From assembly GCA_000002435.2 (NCBI GenBank), contig CM018793.1: 64,000 nt of DNA. One strand, 5' to 3'. This document shows, piece by piece, positions 48,146-58,600 of this stretch. Source of the DNA: Giardia intestinalis. Taxonomy: Eukaryota. The translations under genes were made by a program, and so were the position numbers. The notes below the pieces were generated by a model. The model saw only the letters and a list, made by a program, of their open reading frames with translations, ran no database searches and was not told where the DNA came from. Positions within the stretch are counted from its first letter, which is position 1, and each line of letters opens with the position of its first letter.

Positions 48146-51100
48146 TCAAGGTAGGAACTTTGGGAGTGATGTGGTGCTAATGGCTGTCAATGCAGATCCT
48201 AGATGCATTCGAAGAGGAGCAGATTCCGACGAGTACTGCTCCCGGTAGGGTATACCTGCGTGGGGGGCGGGCTGCTTCACTGTTGTGATAATGTATTCAA
48301 GGAGATCTGCAAAATCAAAGTCCTTGAACCGAATGTAGTATTCGATAACATCAAATCCTCCAGCGTCCTTACAAAGTCCTTCTACCTGGGCTAGTAGCGC
48401 AGATGCTTCTCGTTGACGATATTCAGCCGCATAGTGGATTGCACACTTCCCCCTATTATCGCAAATGCCTGCTTCTAGGGGGGACAACAGCCGAATAATG
48501 CTTAGATGGCCGAACCGAGCGGCAGCCATGAGCGCTGTTCTGCCATTTCTATCTTGGAGTCTTGCCTCTGTGTTCATCAACATCTTTACCAAGGCAAGGT
48601 TGTTATTTGCAACAGAGAACATGAGTGCGCTGGCTCCGTTGAATTCAAAGCCTGAGAACCAGACCGTTGCGCTGCAGCGCGCCCCAGCTTCCTTTTGCAT
48701 AAGCATAAGGGCTCCTTCAACGTTTTCTCTGTCGCATGCAAACATCAGCGCAGTCATTTTAAGGACATCTGTACTTCCTGCCTGTGAGAAGAACTTCCTC
48801 ATACGTGGAATGTCATAAGTGGATGCAGCACTCATCAGCGTCGTGACCTCTTTTTCTTTATCGGCGTAAAATTCAGGGGCTGTGCATGGCATCTGCTCTG
48901 GAAGGGAGTCCTTAAGAGTTTCTAAGTACTGCACAACATCCCAATGCTCGTTCTGCAAGGCACGCAGGTATGCCGAGTCATTTGCCTTTGTCACGACACC
49001 AGCTTCGTGGACACACGCTTTGCAGAGCTCCAGGTTCCCTGCGGCGGCGGCAAAGATAAACCTTGTATAACCGTCTGCAGTTGTCTCTATTTTTGAAGAT
49101 GCTGAATGCGTTCTATTGAGGATAGCCTCGTGGTCGAAGAGTACTTCCCTGATGATGTCTGTTGCGTTATCTTTCTTGATAGCGTCACTCTCTTGGGAAA
49201 ATATGGTTGCTGCAAGCTGCTTAGAGCCAAGAAGCATACAAACCTTGGTGAAGTAGAGAGCTCCTTTGCCAGGGTAAAAAGGAACAAGCGCTGTGATGAT
49301 CTCAGACGCCTTTGTTAGACAGGCCTGGACCACAATGGTGTCCCAGTACTTCTCTATTATCGGACGACTGTGCCTAGCAATATACGATATTGTGTCCCCA
49401 GAGACATAATTCTGAATAGCCATTGACAACGCATTAACCTTGGAAGGATCCTTGTTAATTATTAGGAGATTAGATTGGTAGGGCACAAGAGCCTTAATTA
49501 TGCTATCATTCCTTAGCAGGGTTGCAGCCATTATCTCTGTTGTGCAGTACGAGTTCGTACAGTATGATATCTCCGTTGGAGTAGACTTCTCATCCAGTGG
49601 TAGCTTTCGTACCAGCCGTTTTACCAAGTGAAAATTGTCTGTTATAATCGCATACCGAAGTGAAGCCTGCCTCACCTTGTCGCTGTCAGAATAAAGAAGC
49701 TCCAGCTGGTCAACCACTTTGGCCAGCGGTACAACTCTGTACATCTCTCTGATGGAGCTGACATGTCTCAGCATGCTGATTGCGTTGTGAAGCTCTTGGC
49801 TATACCTATCTGTATGAGGTTCACGCGAGACTTGGGATTGAGTTCGCTGCATACCAAAGTTGTATTCCGTGTCCACCATGCTGAGATCACCCACCCCAAT
49901 CATAGACTCCATCTGAATCGAAAGCGACGGGGTCTCGTTGGCTGTTCCGTTCGAACCGGTCACCGAGGTATTTGGATTTTCTTGTTGCTCCTGGTCTACC
50001 AAAATATGTCTGGGCAGGGATGGATGCACAGGGTTGCTATTCTTAGTAAAGTTAGCAATGCTCACAGTAGCCCTTGGGCCATCTTTTGAGGTCACCAACT
50101 CAGGAAACGATTCGTCGTTGGGGATGGTAAAGGATGGACATGTCATGGACAGAAAACTATGTTCTACCTTGTCGCTCTTCTCGTAGTCTTCTTCTCTACC
50201 TTTATGGATAGGCCTGGTATCGCAAGAGTTTTTCTTCGACTCAGTAGCTTCGCTGGGCTGGCACTTGTGCTTGGTGCGTGCATAATTGCTTACCTGACTT
50301 AGGCTGATACTAGACAAGAAGTCACTAGTATTGATGGACAACATGCTGCCCATGTCTGTGTTGCTGCGCTGATGTCGTTTGTTGAATACGGTACTCAGCA
50401 CACGGTTCATTTGGACCGGAGTCATGAGGCTTGGGGGTAGACCCATTGGCGTGTGTGCCGTGCTCTGTAGCTCCGTGAGAGTCGTCATGATGGTGTGCAC
50501 TTTCTCCAGCAACCGCCTCATGATGTCATCTCTCATGAAAGCACTGGAGTCCTCCTCTGTGTCATCGTGAAGAAGAGAGTCCAAAGAAATAGACTCTCGT
50601 AGAAGCATGCTCATGATGTCTATCTTTATACAACCACGGGTATCCTCCATGTGCGGTAAAGAAGACACATAGTAGATGTTGTTCATGGAGAGATGAGTAC
50701 AGACTACCTCGGCAATCTGGAGACTTATGGAAAGAAGGTAGGTACAGAAAAGCAGGAGCTGCCCAAATATGGCCCAAAGCTCCTCTTCGTAAAGATAAAG
50801 ATTATTCTGCGCAGCTACGAACACATGTTCGCTAAGATATATGCCTTTGTAGTTCGGAACTATAAATATAATTTCCCGCTTCTTCAAGGAAAGCTTATAG
50901 CGCAAAATGGTCATCAATGTGAAGTGATCCAGCTTTGAAAGGTACTGGGCACATTTTAAAAGGAGATCTTCCTCGTACTTGGAACTGGCGTTATAAATGA
51001 AGACGTGCTGAAGCAGATTGAAGGAGTTGGACGGGGTACACTTAAATGAATACACGTCCTTCGGCCTTCTGACTTGCTTAAGAAAGGGCCTGAGGCCTGT

Positions 51101-51172
51101 TCTCAGCCCAGGCTTCGCCGTGCTAGGGTGAAGCACAACATGCTTAAGCTCAGTCGGCACACACGTGGCCAT
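48146..51172 (-). CDS. Ankyrin-repeat protein with an N-terminal degenerate kinase-like region (NEK / Protein 21.1 family)
   Basis: The track start is TTG and the first ATG is at 51170-51172 (MATCVPTELKH...). C-terminal ankyrin repeats include TALMFACD, TALMAAARFGHLSIIRLL and GASALMFSVANNNLALVKML. The N-terminal roughly 300 aa are weakly kinase-like and lack catalytic motifs. Confidence 0.6.
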   Translation of the reverse strand: MATCVPTELKHVVLHPSTAKPGLRTGLRPFLKQVRRPKDVYSFKCTPSNSFNLLQHVFIYNASSKYEEDLLLKCAQYLSKLDHFTLMTILRYKLSLKKREIIFIVPNYKGIYLSEHVFVAAQNNLYLYEEELWAIFGQLLLFCTYLLSISLQIAEVVCTHLSMNNIYYVSSLPHMEDTRGCIKIDIMSMLLRESISLDSLLHDDTEEDSSAFMRDDIMRRLLEKVHTIMTTLTELQSTAHTPMGLPPSLMTPVQMNRVLSTVFNKRHQRSNTDMGSMLSINTSDFLSSISLSQVSNYARTKHKCQPSEATESKKNSCDTRPIHKGREEDYEKSDKVEHSFLSMTCPSFTIPNDESFPELVTSKDGPRATVSIANFTKNSNPVHPSLPRHILVDQEQQENPNTSVTGSNGTANETPSLSIQMESMIGVGDLSMVDTEYNFGMQRTQSQVSREPHTDRYSQELHNAISMLRHVSSIREMYRVVPLAKVVDQLELLYSDSDKVRQASLRYAIITDNFHLVKRLVRKLPLDEKSTPTEISYCTNSYCTTEIMAATLLRNDSIIKALVPYQSNLLIINKDPSKVNALSMAIQNYVSGDTISYIARHSRPIIEKYWDTIVVQACLTKASEIITALVPFYPGKGALYFTKVCMLLGSKQLAATIFSQESDAIKKDNATDIIREVLFDHEAILNRTHSASSKIETTADGYTRFIFAAAAGNLELCKACVHEAGVVTKANDSAYLRALQNEHWDVVQYLETLKDSLPEQMPCTAPEFYADKEKEVTTLMSAASTYDIPRMRKFFSQAGSTDVLKMTALMFACDRENVEGALMLMQKEAGARCSATVWFSGFEFNGASALMFSVANNNLALVKMLMNTEARLQDRNGRTALMAAARFGHLSIIRLLSPLEAGICDNRGKCAIHYAAEYRQREASALLAQVEGLCKDAGGFDVIEYYIRFKDFDFADLLEYIITTVKQPAPHAGIPYREQYSSESAPLRMHLGSALTAISTTSLPKFLP

Positions 51173-51207
51173 CAACAAACTTTCTTTCTAAAATAAAGGT
51201 GTACGCC

Positions 51208-51993
51208 ATGGCATTCAAGTCATGTGTCAATAGAGGAGGGTTCAAGCAGATTAAAGAAGTATACAGGAGCTTTCCAGAGTTGACTCTCGCTCTCCGTGAA
51301 GCCAGCATGGAAAGCTCGCAGATCATCTTGGCATTCGACTTTTCAAAATCCAATGAATGGTCTGGGGAAAAGACGTATCGGCGTAGTTTGCACGACATTA
51401 CTCAAGAAACCCCTTATGAGAAGGTGTGCAGGCTTCTTATCCCGGTAATAACGTCATTCGACTCGGACAGCATCATCCCTGCTATCCGGTTTGGCTGTAG
51501 CGTATCAAAAGATCAGATAGTTTGCCCTCTGAACCCTTACTCCAAGTCCCCGGAGTGCCAGGGCTTTGCGGAGGTTCTGCACAACTATCGCGAGGCTGTC
51601 AGGATGGTGAAGCTTTCGGGCCCGACGTCTCTCAGCCCCGTGGTTCGGTACGCGATTAACATCGTGAAGAAAACCCGGGAATATCACATTCTGATCATCC
51701 TTACTGACGGCGACCCCGTGTCCAGCGTGGCAGATGCAGATGCAATCGCTGAGGCATCCAACTACCCCCTCTCCATAGTTGCTGTTGGGCTAGGTGACGG
51801 CCCATTCAAGATTCTCCAGTCCTTCGACACACAGTATTACAACAGACGCTTCGATAACTTCCACTTTGTCAATTTCACCGAGTTGGAGACTAAGTTTATA
51901 AACAGCAACAGACCCGACCTGCTTTTGGCAACAGAGCTCTTTGTAGAGATTCCAAAGCAGTACAGAATAATAAGAAAACTTGGCTTGCTCTGA
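51208..51993 (+). CDS. Copine-type von Willebrand A (vWA) domain protein, a stand-alone A domain with no C2 domains
   Basis: The track start at 51199 is GTG and the ATG is at 51208. Motifs LAFDFSKSN, HILIILTDGDP, SIVAVGLGDGPF and the copine-specific FDNFHFVNF are present. Confidence 0.7.
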   Translation: MAFKSCVNRGGFKQIKEVYRSFPELTLALREASMESSQIILAFDFSKSNEWSGEKTYRRSLHDITQETPYEKVCRLLIPVITSFDSDSIIPAIRFGCSVSKDQIVCPLNPYSKSPECQGFAEVLHNYREAVRMVKLSGPTSLSPVVRYAINIVKKTREYHILIILTDGDPVSSVADADAIAEASNYPLSIVAVGLGDGPFKILQSFDTQYYNRRFDNFHFVNFTELETKFINSNRPDLLLATELFVEIPKQYRIIRKLGLL

Positions 51994-52091
51994 GTACGAA
52001 CACAGCGCTAGTTACATAACAATAAGGATAACAATAAGGCAAGGACGTTTATTCTACCTAAGATGCACTGCCAGCTTCCCACCAAGCAGTC

Positions 52092-52604
52092 TTACCAGTT
52101 TCCCTTGGCCTCTTCCTCTGCAATAGCGTCCCTCCAGGCATCCACTGCCCGTTTAAGATCGAAGGCTATGTTGTACAACGTGTTGTCTGTATATTGCTTA
52201 AACGATGGTAGCTTGTATATGTAGTTCTCATCGTTGATATAGTAATACATTTCACATGGATAGCTCAGCAGCCCCCCTTCGGGCTCCACGCAATACCCAG
52301 CTATCAAGGCCCGAGATGGGGTATAATCCTGGATCTTGTACAAAATCACCTTCCCACTGTCCAACTGCTCTCTCGTGAACTCCTCCGAGAGGTGTGACTT
52401 GTCCCTAATCCAGTCCTCGAGTGTTGTCGGTCTCTGATTTTTGGTCTTTATGTTGACGCAGTACTCGTTTTGCTGGCAGAAGGGAGAGTGACGGAAGTAA
52501 GCTAATAGGCGGTCCTGCTCCGTATAGTTCTCACCTGCAAGCTCGTCGTTGTTATTGTAGAGATCGTTGTCGCACCATGAAAGAACCAGCCTCTTGCGGT
52601 CCAT
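52092..52604 (-). CDS. Hypothetical protein, 170 aa
   Basis: ATG confirmed. It starts 58 bp downstream of the giant membrane-protein gene on the same strand. No recognisable domain. Confidence 0.4.
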   Translation of the reverse strand: MDRKRLVLSWCDNDLYNNNDELAGENYTEQDRLLAYFRHSPFCQQNEYCVNIKTKNQRPTTLEDWIRDKSHLSEEFTREQLDSGKVILYKIQDYTPSRALIAGYCVEPEGGLLSYPCEMYYYINDENYIYKLPSFKQYTDNTLYNIAFDLKRAVDAWRDAIAEEEAKGNW

Positions 52605-52662
52605 CTTTTTTGGGTGCTGTTTTCAGACTGTCTTGCAAACTCTCTCACGGGTCTCACGTGAT

Positions 52663-55600
52663 TCACAGTAGCTTGGCAAAGGATAGCATGTCGCCATATG
52701 CATTGAAGATCCCTGAGCTCAACTCCTTAAAGGAGAGGAGGTCAGCCACAGGGATCGTGTTCAGAATGGTCAAAATGGATGATATCTCCTTTCGTACGAC
52801 AATGATGGTGTATGTGGCGCACACTAAAAAGGCTCCTATCATGACCCCGTAGACAGTGCTGACGGCCAACTTGATATTTCTCATCTTGAACACTGGACTA
52901 ACATATCCCTCCATGATCTTGTTTATGTCACCCAGGGTGAGGTTTGTTATGCCTAGATAGTCGTCCTTATCATACACATCCGATAGTCGGATCCTTTGGT
53001 TGACTTTGTCGGCTGCATCCCAGATTCTCTTCCGCACCTCTTCCGTTGCGACTAGGATGCTCGTGGTATAATTGATGAGGAGCTCCTTTATGTCATACAT
53101 CCCAGTGCTGTTTGTATAGCTAAATCCTGGCAGTAGCATGGTGGCTGCTGACTGGGCCACCTTTGCATATTCATTGAGGTTCTGTATGCGAGTATACAAC
53201 TCGCTGATATGCATTTCTTCATACGACAAGTCTGTGTTCTGCAGAGTTGCCAGTGTTAAGTTTATGAGACGCGAGTTAATGAAGACGTTTCCCAAGGAGT
53301 TGTAGAGCCTGGTCTCCGTCCACCGTTTGGTTTCGTCCGTTGTCACAACCTCAACCCTGAACATGGCCATCAATAGACTGATCAGCAAAACGAATATTAG
53401 TACGATGAAGGCACCGACTGTCAGTCCAAAACTGAGTGCAAGGCTGTGCCTGTGGGTAGTCATTATCTTGAAGACGACAAGGCCAGTCCTTGTAGGCGCA
53501 AACTGCAAGTAGACGTAGAGCAGAACCAACAAGATCACATGTATCACAAGAAACCATGAGATGATACGCTGCATAAGAACCAAGAAGTTATCTATTTGAG
53601 TCTCGACAGCAAGAATCTGTCGCGTCAGAGAGTTAGTTGTCAGCTCGACTTTATGTGAAAACAAGAGTAAGTTCTTGAATAGGATGTTGCTCCCTTTTGA
53701 GATGGATTTTATGTATAGATGGAGCTCCTTGTCAGTTAGACTCTTTAGTCTAGCGTATGAATATATCTCAACGCAGTTTGTCGGACCCGCACATAGAAGG
53801 TAGTCTTCATAGTACGATGAGTACTTCTTGTCTGGTACCGGCTTACTAAAGTTGAAGACTTCGTCTAGATAGACATCGGCTGTGTACTGCTGGATTTTCT
53901 CTGGAAACATTTCCCTCGGTAGTATACACATGCGTGCCAGCGCCACGTTAACCGAAAATACCGCGTGGCGGATATTATAGTAGAGGTCTAACATCTGGTC
54001 TGTGTCGATAAAGGGCTTGATACTCTCGACTGCGTCTACCAGATGGAACTTGGTATTGAGCATTACTGGTCGCTGCAGGGCCACATAGATATCTTCGCAG
54101 GCATACCTGTAGGCTTGATTGGCGTCGTCCCACTCCAAGCTGGCGAGTTGCATGTTATAATCACCAAGAGATTCCAGGAGTTGCAGTCCTAAGCTGTTCA
54201 ACCGAGAGCTAGATACGTATATGCGCGTCATGTGTGAGACTGCCACCTTATTGTTAAAGAACTGCGTGAAGCTGGCCACTATTATTGTGATAATTACAGC
54301 GGCAATAAGTGATGCTAATACAGCAAAGAATCGGGGTAAGCTCCTATAAGAATAAAGGTCAACCCAGACAGGGCTTCTTGGGCGAGTGGTCTTAGGTATT
54401 TTGACTCTGGGTGCTGAGAAGTGGTGTAGCACTAATAAAGTAACAGGAACACAGCTCAGAAGGAGAAGAAGCGAGAACAAGTGCTCAGTCGTTATGTTCT
54501 TCTCATCCAGCTGCTTATTGATCGATGTTGATTCCCGCTGTTTGGCTATGCTGTTCATGAGAAGCATGCTGTGAAACGCTGTGAGCTCCGCACACGGGTC
54601 CTTCCCCCTCAGCTCTGCATAGGATGGTTGGAGGATGGAGAAGCTGTTATTATAAACGCTCCTCTGCATCTCTATGAATGCCTTTATTCCGACTGTTTCC
54701 TTTTGGAGGTTCTGCCGGTTGAGCATCGGCTTGTATACCTCAAATGGCGGCAGAAGGAGGGCAGCCTTGTACTCATTCTCTTTGAAGGTGGGTGGCGGAG
54801 ATGATGAGGCCCCGTAGTCTAGTACAAACATTACATACTTACTGGCAAGGTTGCTGTACTGATTGATGATCATAGAATAGTAATCGTAAGATGGGCTGCG
54901 GACAGACATTGTATAGAGATAGATGAGCTTTTTTGTGACGTCAGCAAATCGAATGTCCCTGTCAAGGACAAATGGAGCCAAATGCGGATTCTTGATGGCA
55001 CGGGAGCATGTATAGTATAGTCTATACGGCTCTGTCTCTGGCTCTGTAGGGGTTATGCTTGTGTGCTGGGAAATAGACAGGTCTACCAGCAGTGTATCGA
55101 GAATGAGGTCCTGAAGGAGAGCGTAGTTTTGTCGAAGCCATGTGAGCCTCCACTGTGGACTGGCATATATAATATGTTCTGAATTATCAATGTAGTCATG
55201 AGTGGATCGACATTCCTGGCTTTCTGCAGGGCTTGTGGCCTTCTGCAAACAGCTTTCAAATCTAACCACGTCTCCTATTGTTTGGTACGCTGGAGTAACG
55301 TGTATTGGCTCGATATCGTTGCTCCAAGGTTTATTGTAAAACGTGGGATCCAAGTCCTCATCGGGATATCGCATGGACTCAATAACGGATGCATAATATG
55401 GGCCAATTCCTGTCTCCGTGTAGGAAATAATTGGAATGGAGTGGAATATGTACAGTAGTACCATGCTTAACCCTATACATAGTAGAACAAATACCTTGGA
55501 AATGGCCCAGACGACAGATGGCCTGTCATATTGCGCAGAAAACGTCTTGTATAGTTCTACTAGTCTGCTATAGTCGTATCGGTAAGTGAGCTTGCCCTGC

Positions 55601-58600
55601 ATATCACCAAGAGAAGAGCTGGTGTAACACGCACTGCTAGATCCTGATAGCAGGTTGGAGCTGCCGTCACTGGAGGAGCTGCTAGCTTCTGTCTTGGGTT
55701 GCTGCTCAACACACAACTGTGGGGGACACCTTCTCAGCAGCATATCTTTCTCTGCAGTTACCTCAGAGTGCATGGACACAAGATGCTCAAATGTCGGAGT
55801 GTACTTCACGTTCTGGTACGCAAAGTTGATCCGTTCTTTAGAATAGAACTGTGCAAATAATAGCCTATAATCAAATCGTGCTCCTGTTCGTGACAGAAGA
55901 TTGAGCAGAAGGTCAGAAAGGTTTTGAAGACGAACCAGAAAGATATTATAGCTTGAGAAGGTGAAAATAAGACAAAAACCTACTGTTCCCGTTAGCGCCA
56001 TCAAGAGTACCTTGAGGTGCGTAGAGAAGTTCTGTATCAGCAGAGAAGATGTTGCCACGGTGAACATGCTGTTCCAAACGAACGGCACGATATTGATGTA
56101 GATATTGGATCGCACACCTTCTATCTTACTTTGGATGCACTCGGTAATCAGTTGATGGTTGTTTATATTCCAGAGGCTCAGCTTGTCTAGTGCCTGCGGA
56201 GGTGGAAAGCAAACGAGCATATCCTTATACGGGTTCTGAAATACAATTGTGCCGTAGATACGTGTGGGAATCGGGGTTGGTATGAATGAAACCATCTTAT
56301 TAGAGACCTTTAGAATGTGGAAAAAGGGATGAATTGAAGAAAAAGCATACTGCTCTAGATCCAGGCCTAGGTTATAGATTTTTTGAGACATATCTTCATA
56401 TATGTCGGATATGCTTAGGTAGTACAGCTCCTCTAAGTCCTTTGGGGTGAAAAATGTGTCTATCGGCTCCTTATTGACCACTCTCTGGGAATAGCTATCG
56501 TATATTTTCATAAAGGCGATCTCGTCCGCTTGAACAACAGCGGCAAAAATACTGGCGGCCTCTATGACGGAGTCGTTATACATAAAGACTCTGCTTGCCT
56601 TGTTGATAATGAAGAGAGAGACCACAAAGGCAAGTAACGAAGCAACAGTGTATGCGAGGTTTTCAGGGTTGAACACCGTTATTGATCTAATTATGTCTTG
56701 ATGTTTGTTTAATAAAGTTTTAACAAACCTCTTTGCAGAACTCTTTGTGGACCCCAATGAGTCATGGAATCCAGTGGTGAAGAACCGGCGCCAGAGGCGA
56801 CGGCTTTTCTTAGATCTGCTTCTGGTTTTGCCATCTTTTTCCATGGAGGTATCGAGTGCTGTGGACAAAATGGCCATGTGGTTAACTATATTTATGGAAA
56901 CCGGCGATACCATTAGTGATGCCTCTGCACCCTTTATATCGGCATATGTTCTGTACTCACAACGCTGAAGAGACAGGGGGTTGTCAACGACTGCATAGTG
57001 GCAGTAACTCAGGCATGGGGGCAAAATCACTATGGACCCCTCGGGAGTATACGATATGTAGAAGGATTGTATGGACCGGTCCTGTGTGAGGATAAAATTC
57101 TGGATGTAGTTTCGGACGGTTCTGACCGATTCACAACAACTATCCTGTTGTATCAGGGGCGCTCCTGGAGATATGTGATCTACTAGCACTGACTTTGTAC
57201 GCGTTTGACCGAAACTAGAAAGAGAAAGGGTGGAGAACGTGCCAGTGGCAGGGTCATCCGAGTGCGCAGTGGACTCTTGCTGGCTAGACACGGGCGAGTC
57301 CGGTAATTGCTTGATATCAGATCCATCAGTGACATCAGAATCGTCGCTATCCTGTTCTTCTAGTGCATCCTCGGGTGAAATAGCAGAATCGTGACTGCTG
57401 GTGGAGGAGTCAACGTCAGAGCTATCGGATATCATTGACGATGTACGCCTCCTCATATAATCAGAGTGGAAAAGGGAATTGTTTAGGTTGCTGAGCTCCT
57501 TGTTATTTAAGGATGGCTGAATATGGCTAATGAGGGGGAAGATGCTGAGCTGGTTAAGCGGCCAGATGGTGTTATAGAGCTCGTGATAAACCCATGCAAG
57601 TGTGTGCGTGGCAGTGACACAGTAAGGGTACGCTATGTACAATCGTTTCGCCTGCTCAACGATGTCCTGATACATCACATTCTGTTTGTTGCATAGCACC
57701 ATAAGCTCTTCAAGTCTGACGGTGGAGAAGTGGCAGTCCTGCTTTAGGTTATTGCTGAGCTTCGTGATACGATCAATATTTGTCAGACACGTATCCGCAT
57801 TCTCAAGGATCCTGCCCAAGATAGAGTTTATGATCATACAGGAGCAGATGTTCATGGGCCTCGTATTCGCTAATTTCGGGTTCGCAAAGTATTTGTACTT
57901 GGTAGGTGGAGCAAAATCCAAGGCATTCGCGTAGTCGCGTTCGACCTCGACAAGATCCTCCTTATTACTAATACACTGAGAGATAGAGTCGTATATATTG
58001 TCTAGGCCCAAGTACTTGATAATCTTGAATCTACTCAGCTTTCTAAGAGTGCCATGGAACTGTTTCATGGTTGACATTGGGGTAACATCGGGATTGATCT
58101 GCTCATTAAATATTGCACTGACATCTTTCGGTGTAGAGAGGTAAGGGGAGGCGATGGAAAGGGGCGTTGCTATGCTCGTTATTTTCTTGGTACCTTCACA
58201 GATTGGTGACTGATTATCAGATATACCTTGTTGCTTGTACATTTCTTGAGGAGGAGTATCATCCAGATAGAAGAGCCTGCTGGGATCGAATAGTCGTCTG
58301 AACTGGGGGTGTAGATCCTTGGTGCTCATCTTAACAAGAACAAACCCGCAGCACGAATAGAGAAGTGTTTCAAGCAAAGCGTTTAGGGACCAAGCGGATC
58401 TGGTGCTAAGGTCTAGCTCCGGAGAATCAAACACTAGGTCTCGGAGGAATTGTGGGGAGAGCTGCTGGATAATCCACTGAAGCTTTGACCGACAATCCTT
58501 GAGATTTGCAGCAGAACTGGCAAGAGTATCCTTAGAGCCTCGTGAGAGGTGATGAATAGAGAACGTCGGCCTGTGAAACAGCCACCTCTTCCTGTTGTTA

